Assembly (NCBI RefSeq): GCF_026914265.1
Contig: NC_069127.1
Coordinates: 1,745,682 to 1,809,681, forward strand
Reading direction: 5' to 3'
Source: Mya arenaria
Taxonomy: Eukaryota
DNA: 64,000 bases
The notes beneath the pieces were generated by a model. The model was not told where the DNA came from and did not search any database. It saw nothing but the letters and a program-made list of their open reading frames with translations. Positions 36,669-50,089 of this stretch are shown here, in pieces. The stretch's first letter is position 1; every line of letters begins with the position of its first letter. Made by a program: the position numbers and the translations under genes.

Positions 36669-38399
36669 AGTGGATGGCAATATCACACTGGTGGTGGTTG
36701 TTGTTCACTACATATGCCTTGATGTGTATAAATGTTCACAGAAAACACTCCTTGGATGCAAATGATTTTGATTTCAGATATCATTTCTTTGTAAAAAGAG
36801 GGAATAATATAGACTAGTTTGTTATGAATAATTGTATAGTGTACCACTTTGTCTACAACAACATGAACATGCATATTTATTGCTGATCACATCATATCAT
36901 TAGAATCTGCAGAAAGAGTTTTTCCATATCAACCTGTTCGTGCAATTGTTAATATGGCAAATGAATGTGATATACATGAATTTTTTTTAGTGTTTGTATG
37001 TTAAGTTTTACACTCTGAAATACTGTATACTTTTTTATGTGCAATTTCCGGTAAATGTGATACTTTTGTCTGTTTATGATTGTTATCTGTGTGTATACCT
37101 TGGTTTTGTAGCTTAACACAAACCATTTATTGAATGTTTGTTGACACATCCTGTTTATTGTATTTTTATATAAATGCAGTGTAATTGTTTTGCATACAAT
37201 TCCAGGGGATTTGTTAAAAAAAGCTGAAAATTCAGCGGTATTTTTTATCAGGTCTAAGTAGGCGAAATATCAAAATAATTTTAGATGCAAGTGTGAAAAA
37301 ATGTATTCACATATATATTTATTACTATGATTTTTTTTACCTTTTTGATCATACAAAAGTATTTTATAAATCATCATATTTTTATGATACACTGTCATAT
37401 CACATGCAGAACAAAATATGTCACAGGAAAAATATGTTTTCCTCCAAAGTATATTAGAAAAATTCTGCTTATTATCAGCAATGATGACTTCCAGACAAAA
37501 AGAGAATGGAATAAATATTATTTATTTCTTCCATTTCCCAAATAGTAATATTTGTTTGCATTTGATCATTATAACAAATAACTTTCTTGTAAAAGTCATT
37601 CGTCATTTGAAAAATATATATTTATTGTTATTCATGAAGTTTTCTCCCTTGTGAAATTGTTTTTTTACATTCAGTTCTCTCACATACTGTGGTTTCAATT
37701 AGTCATTATTGCCTTTAGTAAAATTTCTCTAAAAAGAAATACTACTACATCAATGAATTGATTTCTTTATTATATTAACGTGAACATTACTACACATGTC
37801 ATCTACGTATCTAAAGACTGTTTTGAGTTATTCTAATATATACGTATTAGTATAATTACATTTGACATGTCACGTCATAAATGAAAAGCGTGGAAAAAGA
37901 ATACAATATATTGTGTTATTTCATGTATTTCAGTGGTATTAATAGTCATGTTTGTGTTTATGGATGTTTCTGAATAGAAAAGAGGATATCACATACTAAG
38001 TGGTCATTAAACTGAAAATGATTTAATTTGTTTATGAAATGGATAAAAACTTGCCAAGTCTTGTTTTTAGAAAACTTGTTTAATACATTCTGTATGAAAT
38101 GACCACTCATGTTATAATTATCTTCTATTATAATTATGGTACAACTCACATTTATTGCTCCTGAATGAATGTTTTTTCAGGTGTTTTTTTATATAACATT
38201 TACCGTTCTTTTTTGTACTGGATAATATCTTTGATATTTTTTTAGATTTACGTGTGATTTACATTGGTTGCAGTATCATCGAGAGGTTGTGGTTTTCTAT
38301 TCATCATTATGTAAATACACTCTGACCAAAACTAATACGTTTGGCGATTAATACAGTTAAAAAGAATGATTAGGCAGTGAAGAAAAACTCGAAAACTCA

Positions 38400-38640
38400 T
38401 TATTACCGCCAGATATCTAGTGGCTATATACACATGTAGGAGTGGCCATATACACTTATCGGAGTGGCTATATACGTAAGTAGGAGCGGCTATATACATA
38501 CTTTTTTAAGTTGGGATGGCTAATATGTATAAGCAGCTATATACACATGTAGGAGTTGCCATATACACTTATCGGAGTGGCTATATACGTAAGTATGAGT
38601 GGCTATATACTAGTACATACTTTTTAGCTCACCTATCACT
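38400..38640. repeat. Tandem repeat of about 115 bp, 2 units, built from ggctatatac(a/g)... subrepeats
   Basis: Read directly from the sequence. A partial third copy sits at 40693-40750, on the far side of the next satellite. Confidence 0.75.
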
Positions 38641-38879
38641 TTGTGACAAGGTGAGCTTTTGTGATCGCCTTTTGTCGTCCATCGTGCGTCGTGCGTCGTC
38701 TGTCAACAATTTACTTAAAAGACATCTCCTTCTTAACCGCTGGGCCAATATTAATAAAACTTCATAGGGATGTTCCTTGGGTGGTCTTCTATCAAATTTG
38801 TTCAAAGAATTCAATTCCATGCAGAACTCTGGTTAAAGGAAAAACTTTAAAAATCTTCTTCTCCTAAACCACAAGGCTT

Positions 38880-40620
38880 AGGCCGTTATATATGGTAGGT
38901 AGGATCACCAAATGGTCCTCTACCTAGACTGTTCAAATTATGGCCCTTGGGTCAAAATTTGCCCCGCCCCGGGGGGGGGGGGGTCATGGGTTTTCTCTAT
39001 ATGTTTATAGTGAAAACTTAAAAAATCTTCTCCTCTGAACTTACTTGGCCTAGAGCTTAGATATTTAGCATGATTCATCGTCTAGTGGACCTCTACAAAG
39101 ATTGTTCAAATTATGGCCCTGGGGTCAAAATTGGCCCCGCCCCGGGGGGTCATGGGTATTCTCTATATGTTTATAGTTAAAATTTCAAAAATCATCTCCT
39201 CTGAACTTACTTGGACTAGAGCTTAGATATTTGGCATGATTCATCGTCTAGTGGACCTCTACAAAGATTGTTCAAATTATGGCCTTGGGGTCAAAATTGG
39301 CCCCGCCCCGCCCCGGGGGGTTAGGGTATTCTCTATATGTTTATAGTTAAAACTTCAAAAATCTTCTCCTTTGAACTTACTTGGACTAGAGCTTAGATAT
39401 TTGGCATGATTCATCGTCTAGTGGACCTCTACAAAGATTGTTCAAATTATGGCCTTGGGGTCAAAATTGGCCCCGCCCCCTTGGGGGGTCATGGGTTTTC
39501 TCTATATGTTTATAGTGAAAACTTCAAAAATCATCTCCTCTTAACTTACTTGGACTAGAGCTTAGATATTTGGCATGATTCATCGTCTAGTGGACCTCTA
39601 CAAAGATTGTTCAAATTATGGCCCTGGGGTCAAAATTGGCCCCGCCCCTGGGGGGTCATGGGTTTTCTCTTATGTGTTTATGGTAAAAAAAATTAAAAAT
39701 CTCCTCTGAACTTACGTTGCTTAGAGCTTAGATATTTGACATGATTCATCGTCTAGTGGACCTCTACAAAGATTGTTCAAATTATGGCCTTGGGGTCAAA
39801 ATTGGCCCCGCCCCGCCCCGGGGGGTTAGGGTATTCTCTATATGTTTATAGTTAAAACTTCAAAAATCTTCTCCTTTGAACTTACTTGGACTAGAGCTTA
39901 GATATTTGGCATGATTCATCGTCTAGTGGACCTCTACAAAGATTGTTCAAATTATGGCCTTGGGGTCAAAATTGGCCCCGCCCCCTTGGGGGGTCATGGG
40001 TTTTCTCTATATGTTTATAGTGAAAACTTCAAAAATCATCTCTTCTTAACTTACGTGGCTTAGAGCTTAGATATTTGGCATGATTCATCGTCTAGTGAAC
40101 CTCTACAAAGTTTGTTCAAATTATGGCCCTGGGGTCAAAATTGGCCACACCCCGGGGCTGATGGGTTTTTTCTATATGTGTTATAGTGAAAACTTAAAAA
40201 ATCTTCTCCGAACTCACAAAGACAAGTAACGTCTTAATTTAAACTGGATAACATATTTAGTACACATACCAATTTTCAATATGGGCCACATACAACAATT
40301 AATAACAAATATACATATATAGATACACACGTAAAATCAAGTAGTGACAAGAGCTTAGCTATTTGGCATGATATATCATCTAGTTGACTTGTACCAATAT
40401 TGTTCAATCTTTGGCCCTGGGGTCAAAAAAATGGCCCCACCCGGGCGGTCATGGGTTTCCTTATATATGTATATGATGAAAACTTAAAAAATCTTCTTCT
40501 CCGAAACCAAAAGGCAAAGGCCTTAGATATTTGGTATGAAGCATCGTTTATCGGACCACTATTAAGATTGTTCAAACTTTAGCCCTGGGGTCAAAATTGG
40601 CCACGCCCCGTGTTCATAGG
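38880..40620. repeat. Satellite of about 170 bp, about 10 units, with a ggtcaaaattggccccgccccgggggg core
   Basis: Read directly from the sequence. It includes a G13 run at about 38968. Confidence 0.9.
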
Positions 40621-41319
40621 CTTAGGTTTTCAATATTTGTATATTATGGAAGAATGTGCAATATATGACAGGTGAGCGATTCAGGGCCATTTGGCCCTCT
40701 TGTTTAAGTAGGGATGGCTAATATGTATAAGCGGCTATATACACATGTAGGAGTATGTTGCCTGTACCTTAAAACATGTACGTGACTTCACTTCAATGTT
40801 GATTAGCATGGGCTGTTGTCCACTTGTCATTTCTATCACATTTCTCTTGGTCCTAAAGTAGTTTTTTGACCCTCTCCTTAATGAATATTTTATGAAAAAA
40901 AAGTGCCATGTGCACATGTAGCTCAAACAGTTTTGCACCTACATGCACGAAATTTATCTACATGTATGCTATTTTTTACATTTCACTTGTTAATCCACAC
41001 TGATGATCGTGACATTTAACGATTCCTGAGTCAAGGCGGCATCTGGGGGTATACATCACATCACTCTAGCTCTAGTTTCTACAAATATTATTACACTATT
41101 TATAACTATTGATATAATGTCATATTATTATTATTATTAGAATTTTTATTAATTAACTAAATCCTTTGTCAGGTTGTTACATTTAATGCATTGTTGTACA
41201 GTTGGAAAAATACCTCATATAGCTAATGATTTTTTGTAATCCAATAGCTAAGAATAGAAATAAAAGTAGTCATTTGAAAACAAATGTGTTTTTGTCCCTA
41301 CCATCTGTGAGTAGGATTG

Positions 41320-42600
41320 GTCCCAGCTACTATTTATGCCCCCACAAAGTGGCGGCATATAGGGTTGCCCTTGTCCGTACGTCTGTCTGTCTGTCTGTAC
41401 GTACGTACGTCCCGAAGATTGTTTCCGATCTAATTCTTGAAAACTGTTTGTCCAATCCTCACCAAACTTTAAACACATGTTTGTGACCATAATATCTTGA
41501 TCAAGTTCGATAGTCATGGAAATCGCTTTAGTCATTTAGGAGTTACAGCCCTATTTTGCCAAAAATACTTCAAAAATATATGTTTCCAATCTAATTCTTG
41601 AAAAGTATGTGTCCAATCCTCACCAAACTTTACATACATGATTGTGACCATAATATCTTGATCAAGTTCGATAGCCATGGAAATCGCTTTTGTCATTTAG
41701 GAGTTACGGCCCTTTATTTGCAAAAAAAGACTTGAGATTATCCTGAATAATCATTATGGCTTATTTTCTGTGACAAAAAATCGAAGTGGGGGCATCCGTG
41801 TCCTATGGACACATTTCTAGTTTCAAACTGAGGCTGTGTTTGTCTCATTATGTTTCATAAATGGGTTTTATTTTTATAACCATCTCTGATATATACTGCA
41901 AATCATGTATATATGCATTTGATCGTTGACAAATCGAAAAACCAACTTTAATTAATAGTTATATGAAACAAATAGAACCCTTTTTATGCCCCCACAAAGT
42001 GGCGGCATATAGGGTTGCCCTTGTCCGTACGTACGTCTGTCTGTCTGTACGTACGTACGTCCCGAAGATTGTTTCCGATCTAATTCTTGAAAACCGTTTG
42101 TCCAATCCTCACCAAACTTTAAACACATGTTTGTGACCATAATATCTTGATCAAGTTCGATAGTCATGGAAATCGCTTTAGTCATTTAGGAGTTACGGCC
42201 CTTTTTTGCCAAAAATACTTCAAAAATATATGTTTCCAATCTAATTCTTGAAAAGTATGTGTCCAATCCTCACCAAACTTTACATACATGATTGTGACCA
42301 TAATATCTTGATCAAGTTCGATAGCCATGGAAATCGCTTTTGTCATTTAGAAGTTACGGCCCTTTATTTGCAAAAAAAGACTTGAAAAATACGTCCCGAA
42401 GATTGTTTCCGATCTAATTCTTGAAAACTGTTTGTCCAATCCTCACCAAACTTTTAACACATGTTTGTGACCATAATACCTTGATCAAGTTCGATAGCCA
42501 TGGAAATCGCTTTAATCATTTAGGAGTTAGGGCCCTTTATTTCCCAACAATACTTAAAAAATATCTTATCCGATCTAATTTTTGAAAAGGATTTGCCCTT
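41320..42600. mobile_element. Two tandem copies of a pearl-like composite element of about 650 bp, each with head ttatgcccccacaaagtggcggcatat, (GTCT/GTAC)n and about 170-bp internal repeats
   Basis: Copy 1 is about 41326-41960 and copy 2 about 41986-42600. The internal unit is gtttccgatctaattcttgaaaaNtgt.tgtccaatcctcaccaaactt.a.a.acatg.ttgtgaccataatatcttgatcaagttcgatag.catggaaatcgcttt.gtcatttaggagttac.gccc. Confidence 0.6.
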
Positions 42601-42689
42601 GTTAACTCTGGATCATTTAAGTTAATTGCTTAAGTGTAGCAAATTAAAATAAAATGGCAGGAACTCAGTTGCACCTTCCGATAATTATA

Positions 42690-43880
42690 CCCCCACAAAC
42701 AAAGTTTGAGGGGGTATATAGGAGTGAGCTTGTCGGTCGGTCGGTTGGGGCTGGTGGGGCCAAGGTCAAGGTCACTGTTACTAAAAATAGAAAAACGGTT
42801 TCCGGACGATATCTCATGAAAGGCTTGACAGATTTGAACAATTTTTGGTACACAGGTGTAACATCAGAAGATACAGGTCAAGTTCGATATTAGGGCTGGT
42901 GGGGCCAAGGTCAAGGTTACTGTTACTAAAAATAGAAAAACGGTTTCCGGACGATAACTCATGAAAGGCTAGACAGATTTAAACAATTTTTGGTACACAG
43001 TTGCACCTTCAGAAGATACAGGTCAAGTTCGATATTGGGGCTGGTGGGGCAAAGGTCAAGGTCATTGTTACAAAAAATAGAAAAACAGTTTCCGGAGGAT
43101 AACTCATGAAAGGCGTGACAGATTTGAACAATTTTTGGTACACAGGTGTAACATCAGAAGATACAGGTCAAGTTCGATATTGGGGCTGGTGGGGCCAAGG
43201 TCAAGGTCACTGTTACTAAAAATAGAAAAACGGTTTCCGGACGATAACTCATGAAAGGCTAGACAGATTTGAACAATTTTGGTACACAGGTGGAACATCA
43301 GAAGATACAGTTTGGTACACAGGTGTAACATCAGAAGATATAGGTCAAGTTCGATATTGGGGTTGGTGGGGCCAAGGTCAAGGTCACTGTTACTAAAAAT
43401 AGAAAAAACGGTTTCCGGACGATAACTCATGAAAGGCTTGACGGATTTGAACAATTTTTGGTACACAGGTGTAACATCAGAAGATACAGGTCAAGTTCGA
43501 TATTGGGGCTGGTGGGGCCAAAGTTAAGGTCACTGTTACTACAAATAGAAAAACGGTTTCCGGACGATAAATCATGAAAGGCTTGACAGATTTGAACAAT
43601 TTTTGGTACACAGGTGTAACATCAGAAAATACAGGTCAAGTTCGATATTGGGGCTGGTGGGGCCAAGGTCAAGGTCACTGTTACTAAAAATAGAAAAACG
43701 GTTTCCGGACGATAACTCATGAAAGGCTAGACAGATTTGAACAATTTTTGATACACAGGTGTAACATCAGAAGATACAGGTCAAGTTCGATATTGGGGCT
43801 GGTGGGGCCAAGGTCAAGGTCACTGTTACTAAAAATAGAAAAACGGTTTCCGGACGATAACTCATGAAAGGATAGTTTTT
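42690..43880. mobile_element. Pearl-like composite element: perfect hairpin head ttatacccccacaaacaaagtttgagggggtatata, (GTCG)n, then about 7 tandem units of about 165 bp
   Basis: The units contain gggctggtggggccaaggtcaaggtcactgttactaaaaatagaaaaacggtttccggacgataactcatgaaaggct. Confidence 0.65.
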
Positions 43881-45393
43881 CTTGTCAGCAGTGTAACTTC
43901 TAAATTACTCAACAGATTTAAATAAAACCATACATGCATGATAAAAGAAGATGCAGTGTGCAATAACCTTGGAGTTATGGCCTCTTTTCAAAGGAATGGC
44001 TTGCCATTCCTGTGTCCAGTCGGCATTTGGGGGTATTTGTCACTCCTGTGACAGCTCTAGTTATTTATGAAATTTTATGCAAACATAAAATTATTTATGG
44101 AATTGTTCAAACATTAATTTAGTGGTATTTAACCATGTCAGCATCCTGCATAAATTATTGCCTCAGCCAATCACCTTTGAGTTTTATCTCATGTAGCTCT
44201 GAACAGCCAATCGCGATACGTTGTATCCATTACTGATATATTTTTAGCGTGGTCGAAAGCCTCGGCATTTTATTTTAGTTTTCATATAATACATGAAACG
44301 TTTGTACCTTTCACGGTTATTTACTTATGTCATTTATAGCTGTTTGCTATACTTTACGGTTTGGACTAAACATGTAAGGGTGGCGACCCTGTTTTATAGC
44401 GAAGTTTTGTGTGGAAAAGGCAACAAACCAAATCGGCTGTTTACGGGATCACGTGACTTAAGATGGCTGCGCCCAGTGTCGCAATTTAGATACTACATCT
44501 ACAAGTCTTCAAGAATTCTTCTGTCATTATTGTGATTTGATACCCAATACGGACTTATATGGGCCTCCTTACGTGCTATGCTTGGAGTTTTCCTGGTGCT
44601 TAGTTCAAACAATGGATAATATGAACACGGTGTATGATTTCAGCCCTTATTATTCTCGTGCTGGTCATTAACCCATGTTAACCAAGAATACGTTGCTCAG
44701 CATATTTCTGATTTGGACTTATTGTTTGACATTGGACTATCACATGCGCGTGTCTCCAGTCATTCTACAAAAAGGATTCAGGACCCGTTCAGTTGATGCA
44801 TTCTACCATTTCGCTTTGGACGATTGCCCACTTTCCGTCACATGCTCTCTTCGCTTCGCCAGCATCCCCATGCTGCTGTGGTCGCTGCCCTGGGTCCATT
44901 CGCTTTTACTTGAAAAGATATGTAGTTTTGTCCATATTCTAGCACGTTCTGTGCTTCTAATATGGGTGGCGGCAGAGGATTCTCCTTGTGGCGGTTTTTC
45001 CACCCAGATATGTTTTTCGGGAAATGTTATTATACACATGCTATTGACACTTATGTTTTATTTTACGATATTTCGTAAAAACACTTTTATGGCATTAATA
45101 ATGCCCTATTTTCATTCAAAGCTTGTGTTACGTTTTCCCTTCATCCATACGAGTTCGACCCGGCCTGTCACATAGTACCTTGACGTTGAACAATACATAA
45201 ATACGTTATCAACTTTCGATGACGTCACGTCCGGCGTAAGTAAACAAGTCTGGACAACGTCTTGAATTTTATTAATTAAATTCATATATTACGTTACAGT
45301 GTTAAAACAGACTGAAAAATGTAAAAAAAATAAAATGCACGTGTATTTTCTAATGTATTGATACATTTTTTTTTTCGCGATATTCCGTGAAAC

Positions 45394-46142
45394 ATGGAAT
45401 TAACGGTGACTGAAAGTGTTCCGGAAACCGGCGTCGCACTTATGGAGAAACGGCAATATCAGTTAAATGAACAGAAAGCGCTGAAGAAAAAGTACAGCGC
45501 ATGTGATAGAAACACTGTTACTGTAGAAGACACTGGAGGAGGGACTATGTTCCGGTTCAACACAGGAACCTACGAAGTGTTTAAGGCTGCCGCTGAACAA
45601 TTCTACAGCTCGGGAGAAATGCAAGGCCAGAGTTTGAAGTGCATGTTCATGACAAAAAGCAGCGGCTTGTCGAGACTAAATTTAAGGTCAACAATTGTAA
45701 GGGACATTATACCTTAAATATGTATCACACGGCCTGTTCATGTCTTGTAAACGGAAAAAAAATCGAATGGTTCCACGAAGATCATCTGCCGGAAATAGTA
45801 TCTTCTATCGAAAATAATTGAGCAGAAAGGGGCGTTACGGTGCAAGATATGAATTTGTCGTTAAAAGAGTTGCTGCACCCATCGAACCTTGTCATTCAGC
45901 CTAAAGAAGAATCAGTGACTTTAATTGACTGCGACAGTGAAGTTCAATTAAGAATACATACCGATACAGAATGCCGCGTAGAAAATTCACAGACAACAAG
46001 TACAAACGAAGTCGATGCCATAGATTTCCAACATCCCATCTCGGAAACCATTGCTTTACTCAAAGGTCTACAAGAATCTGTCAGTCGATTAGAAACTAAT
46101 CTGGAATATCATATTACCCAGACAGAAGAGGGTTTTGCTTAA
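45394..46142 (+). other. Three consecutive frameshifted ORFs of unknown identity, immediately upstream of a LINE RT
   Basis: ORFs 45394-45717, 45639-45821 and 45840-46142 in different frames. I recognise no domain. They may be remnant LINE ORF1 or 5' sequence, or host sequence. Confidence 0.15.
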
Positions 46143-46199
46143 CTACGGGATGAAATGTTCAGCGTCAAAAGACAAAATAAAACAAACTCTGATTTTACT

Positions 46200-47780
46200 G
46201 ACCGTCACCTTGAAGGTGTGAAATCGAGTACTATACAGCTGAAGTCGTCTTGTATGTTGATAAGCTTAATACGGCGAAAGCTACAGGATTAGATGGAATA
46301 GGGCCTAATATCCTAAAACAATGTGGTGATTGTATTGTTATACCACTAACGTCCATCATAAATAATAGCATACGGCTAGGAATATTCCCAGACTCATTAA
46401 AATAGGCTAAGGTTTTGCCTATATATAAATATTCTGATCGCAATGATCCAAATAACTATAGACCAATTTCTATCCTTCCAACACTGTCAAAGGTGTTTGA
46501 ACTGCACTTGGCAGATGAAATCAAAACATTTTTTTTTTTAAAAAACGAATGTCATACATGAATTTCAATCTGGGTTTCGAGAAAAAACATTCTTGTCATA
46601 CAGCGTTGATAAGAATAATTGATGATTGGATTGATGGAATTGACAATGGAAACTATGTAAGTGCTCTCTTTCTTGATTTACGAAAGGCGTTCGATCTAGT
46701 AGATCACCAAATACTTTTACATAAATTGAAATTATACAATTTCAGTGATAATTCCGTCCAACTGATAACTTCATATTTGAAAGATAGACACCAAATTGTA
46801 AAGTTTGGGGATTTCCAATTTTCACGAAGATATATAAGGTCTGGAGTTCCTCAAGGATCCATTCTTGGTCCTATTCTTTTTCTTATATATATTAACGACA
46901 TAACCTTTGAAATTGAAAATTCCTTGATTGACTTATATGCTGATGATACTACACTACATGCAAAAAGTTCAAATACGCAGGAAATTGAACGTACGTTGCA
47001 AATAAATTTAGATATGGTATCGGATTGGTGCAAAGTAAACAACATGGCAGTACATCCACAAAAAACTAATTGTATATTGCTGGGTTCAAATGCAGAGTTA
47101 AGAAATGCATGTGCACTCAATTAATTCGTAGACAAAGTACTAATTGAAAATGTAACTTGCTTAAAATTATTATTGATTCATCATTGTCGTGGAATCTGCA
47201 AGTTGAATTTGTCTGCAAGAAAGTAACTGCAAAGATAGCCCTTTTAAAAAGACTCAATTATTTTTTAACGGATCAAATGAGACAATTGTTTTATAAATCG
47301 TATATACTTCCTATGTTTGACTATTGTTGTAGCGTTTGGGGGAAAAGTAAGCAAACGCATATGAGACGAATCACCATGCTTCAAAAAAGAGCTGCAAAAA
47401 TTATTCTCTTTAAGCCTATTAGAACGCCATCGCATGAATTATTTAAAAAAATATAGAATGGCTTCAATTTGAATACCGTTGCAGATATCAAACGGATGTT
47501 ATGGTATTTAAATCTATTAATAATCTTACACCGAGTTACATAAGAGACATTATTAAGATATCTAGCAACACAAGATATGGATTACGATCTTCCACGCGAC
47601 AAGACATTGCTCACTTTCGACATAAAACACAATACAAGAAACACTCGTTTGCATGCTACAGTGGGAAAGTTTGGATTTTTTTTACCAGAAGATATACGTA
47701 AGTCTAACACGGAAAAGACATTTGAAACCCGCTGCAAGAAGTTCAATTTACATCATCAATCGCAAAATCCGTTGTAAAAA
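46200..47780 (+). mobile_element. Non-LTR retrotransposon (CR1/L2/Jockey-like) reverse-transcriptase region, degraded, with no endonuclease domain upstream
   Basis: RT motifs across three frameshifted ORFs: TGLDGIGPNILK, FPDSLK*AKVLPIYK...NYRPISILP, F(R)EKHSCHTAL, FLDLRKAFD, GVPQGSILGPILF, YADDT, then thumb-like LKRLNYFL...LYKSYILPMFDYCCSVWG, then a tail FKSINNLTPSYIRD...RSS. There is an in-frame stop within LK*AKV. Confidence 0.8.
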
Positions 47781-48082
47781 TTGTATGCATACCACAGGTA
47801 TAGTTTATACGTATGCATATGTTGAGTAAGTTGTTAAATAAATGTGTGACTGTCCTACTGACTCAATTAAACAATTTTGATGAGTTTTCTTGTTAACATT
47901 TAGGAACAAATTGATGTATTATTAAGCATTGATGTGTTAAATGAATGTGTTATATTCATGTTTTATGTTTTCGTATTATATTTTAATACGTACCTTTCTG
48001 AAATCCCATTCTAAGCATTTTTACATGTCAAAACGATCATTAATTCTAGTTATAGGCCATGATGAAAAAATGTAATAATTAA

Positions 48083-48232
48083 GGAATGAATTGCGGGGTT
48101 GATGTCATTATCGGGGTATGAACGCAATTGGGTTGGTCAATGTGTGTGGAGTCCGAAGGACTCCACGCGTACTTTGACCAACCCAATTGCGTTCATATCC
48201 CCGATAATGACATCAACCCCGCAATTCATTCC
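48083..48232. repeat. Near-perfect palindrome of about 150 bp, with arms of about 62 bp (gaatgaattgcggggttgatgtcattatcggggtatgaacgcaattgggttggtcaa)
   Basis: The right arm is the reverse complement of the left with 1-2 mismatches. The central loop is about 25 bp. Confidence 0.85.
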
Positions 48233-48762
48233 TTATATTTACACCATTAGTTCATTATTTCATTCAAGAATTGTTAAAAATATACTTTATTTCATATAAG
48301 AAAACCTTTCAGTAATCCGTTCTTACCCATTCTGTAAATAGACCGACCCGACTATAACCGGAAACATTTTTTTCAAATGACGTCACAATAACGCGGGAAA
48401 AGATCAAACACTTGAAATCACTTTAAAACGTAAAATTGAAACACTTCTGGTACCAATATATTTAAAATAAAATAAACTAACACTTTTAAAAATGTTGATC
48501 TATATTTTACGGGACCTGCAGACACAATACAAACAATAACAAGATCAATAGCTTTCATGTATATTGTTATGCAATGAATTACGATCCGAACATATCCGAA
48601 GATGTTGCGTTCATCGATTGATGAACGCAATTGCCGAAAGGCAGTTCATTTAAGGAATGGAAGTTGAGGTGTAAATATTGCTTTTTAAACAATATGTATT
48701 TTTGCGGTACTGTTCAAAATGTGTTTTCTCATTTGTGTTTTGAGTATTATTTGCATCACATC

Positions 48763-48763
<1 letters not shown>

Positions 48764-48811
<48 letters not shown>

Positions 48812-48834
48812 TGCGTGCGTGTGTGTGTGTGTGT
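48764..48834. repeat. Compound microsatellite (GT)n(GCGT)n(GT)n
   Basis: Read directly from the sequence. Confidence 0.95.
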
Positions 48835-48925
48835 TCTTTCAGAAGGCCGCACTGTAAATAAGACGTGTGTTATGTTTTTCGTAATATGATGCCTGTGTCT
48901 TAATGTGTTACCTTCTTTAAATAAA

Positions 48926-49003
<78 letters not shown>
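48926..49003. repeat. (TTA)n microsatellite, about 26 units
   Basis: Read directly from the sequence. Confidence 0.95.
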
Positions 49004-50089
49004 GTACAAGACGGATTTTGATACAATACAGCAAGGACGCAGCTGAAGAGGTTCAAGTGGTAATATAGGAGATATGTGGCAAATGTTCATACACGTTATA
49101 TATATTATATTATAAATATGTTCCGATATATGTGTGAGTAATCGCCTTCTTTGAGTATATACTGCCTATTTCTATAATCTCATCATTGCGGTTACACTCT
49201 AGACTGGTCACTTATATATGTTTCTTACCGTTAACTGTCAGGTATGCGCGTGAATATGTAGCTATTTTTAAGCACAGTGCTTTCATTTGACAAATGGGAA
49301 ATAACCACTGCCTCTCACCAGCGACCAGTATAATTGAAAAGGGCAGCGTATTGCTTGTTGTTTTTGGTTACAGCCGACTGGCTACTAATTATTGATAAAA
49401 ACTTATACTATTTTGTATCGGTGTTTTATCTGTTCACGGACACCCAAACGATTTCTTTACAATGTTGTTTAAGTTAAGTTGAAAGAAACGTGACACTGAA
49501 ACGTATTCACTTTTCTTAAAATGTAAGAAGTTATCCATAGACACTCGTCCATTTTTAGTCGAACATGTTGTCGTTACATGTACACATTAAAAAGTGAAGC
49601 GATATGAATACATATATACATGTAGGTATGTTTTGACATTGCAACATGTCTTGTTTTGACAAATAATATTACTTGTTCATAAAGCTGAAAAGACTTGTCT
49701 TGAAATACTTGCAAGTTATAGAAGTTATTCTTCTTCGCATTTATGATTGTGTTGTGTGTTTTCCATCTACAAGAACATATGTCAAAGGCTTGTCCTTCAT
49801 GCATTACAGCAATGGGAGTGTTGTCGTCGTCATGAATAAAAATGTTAAATAATGTTGAAAAACAATTAAAGACTGCTATAATTAAAAATGAATCTTAAGA
49901 CAAACAAAACCATTTGCATTGTTTTATTATAAGTCATCAGGCAAAAGTAGATGTTGGATTGTGCTCCTTGAATTTGAATGACAGTTTGCATCTGCATGCA
50001 TGATCTTGATTTTTGGGGATGTAAAACCATTTTTGCAACATAATAAAGTTTGCACTGTAAAATATCTTGCACTCTACACATCTTACAGT

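Noticed and set aside
44675-45175. 166-aa plus-strand ORF in a locally CpG-rich stretch
   Set aside because: No recognisable domain and no supporting splice or promoter signals. The composition is low-complexity hydrophobic. Left uncalled. The region 44200-45300 is noticeably CpG-richer than its surroundings and could be a CpG-island-like promoter, but I cannot support that from sequence alone.
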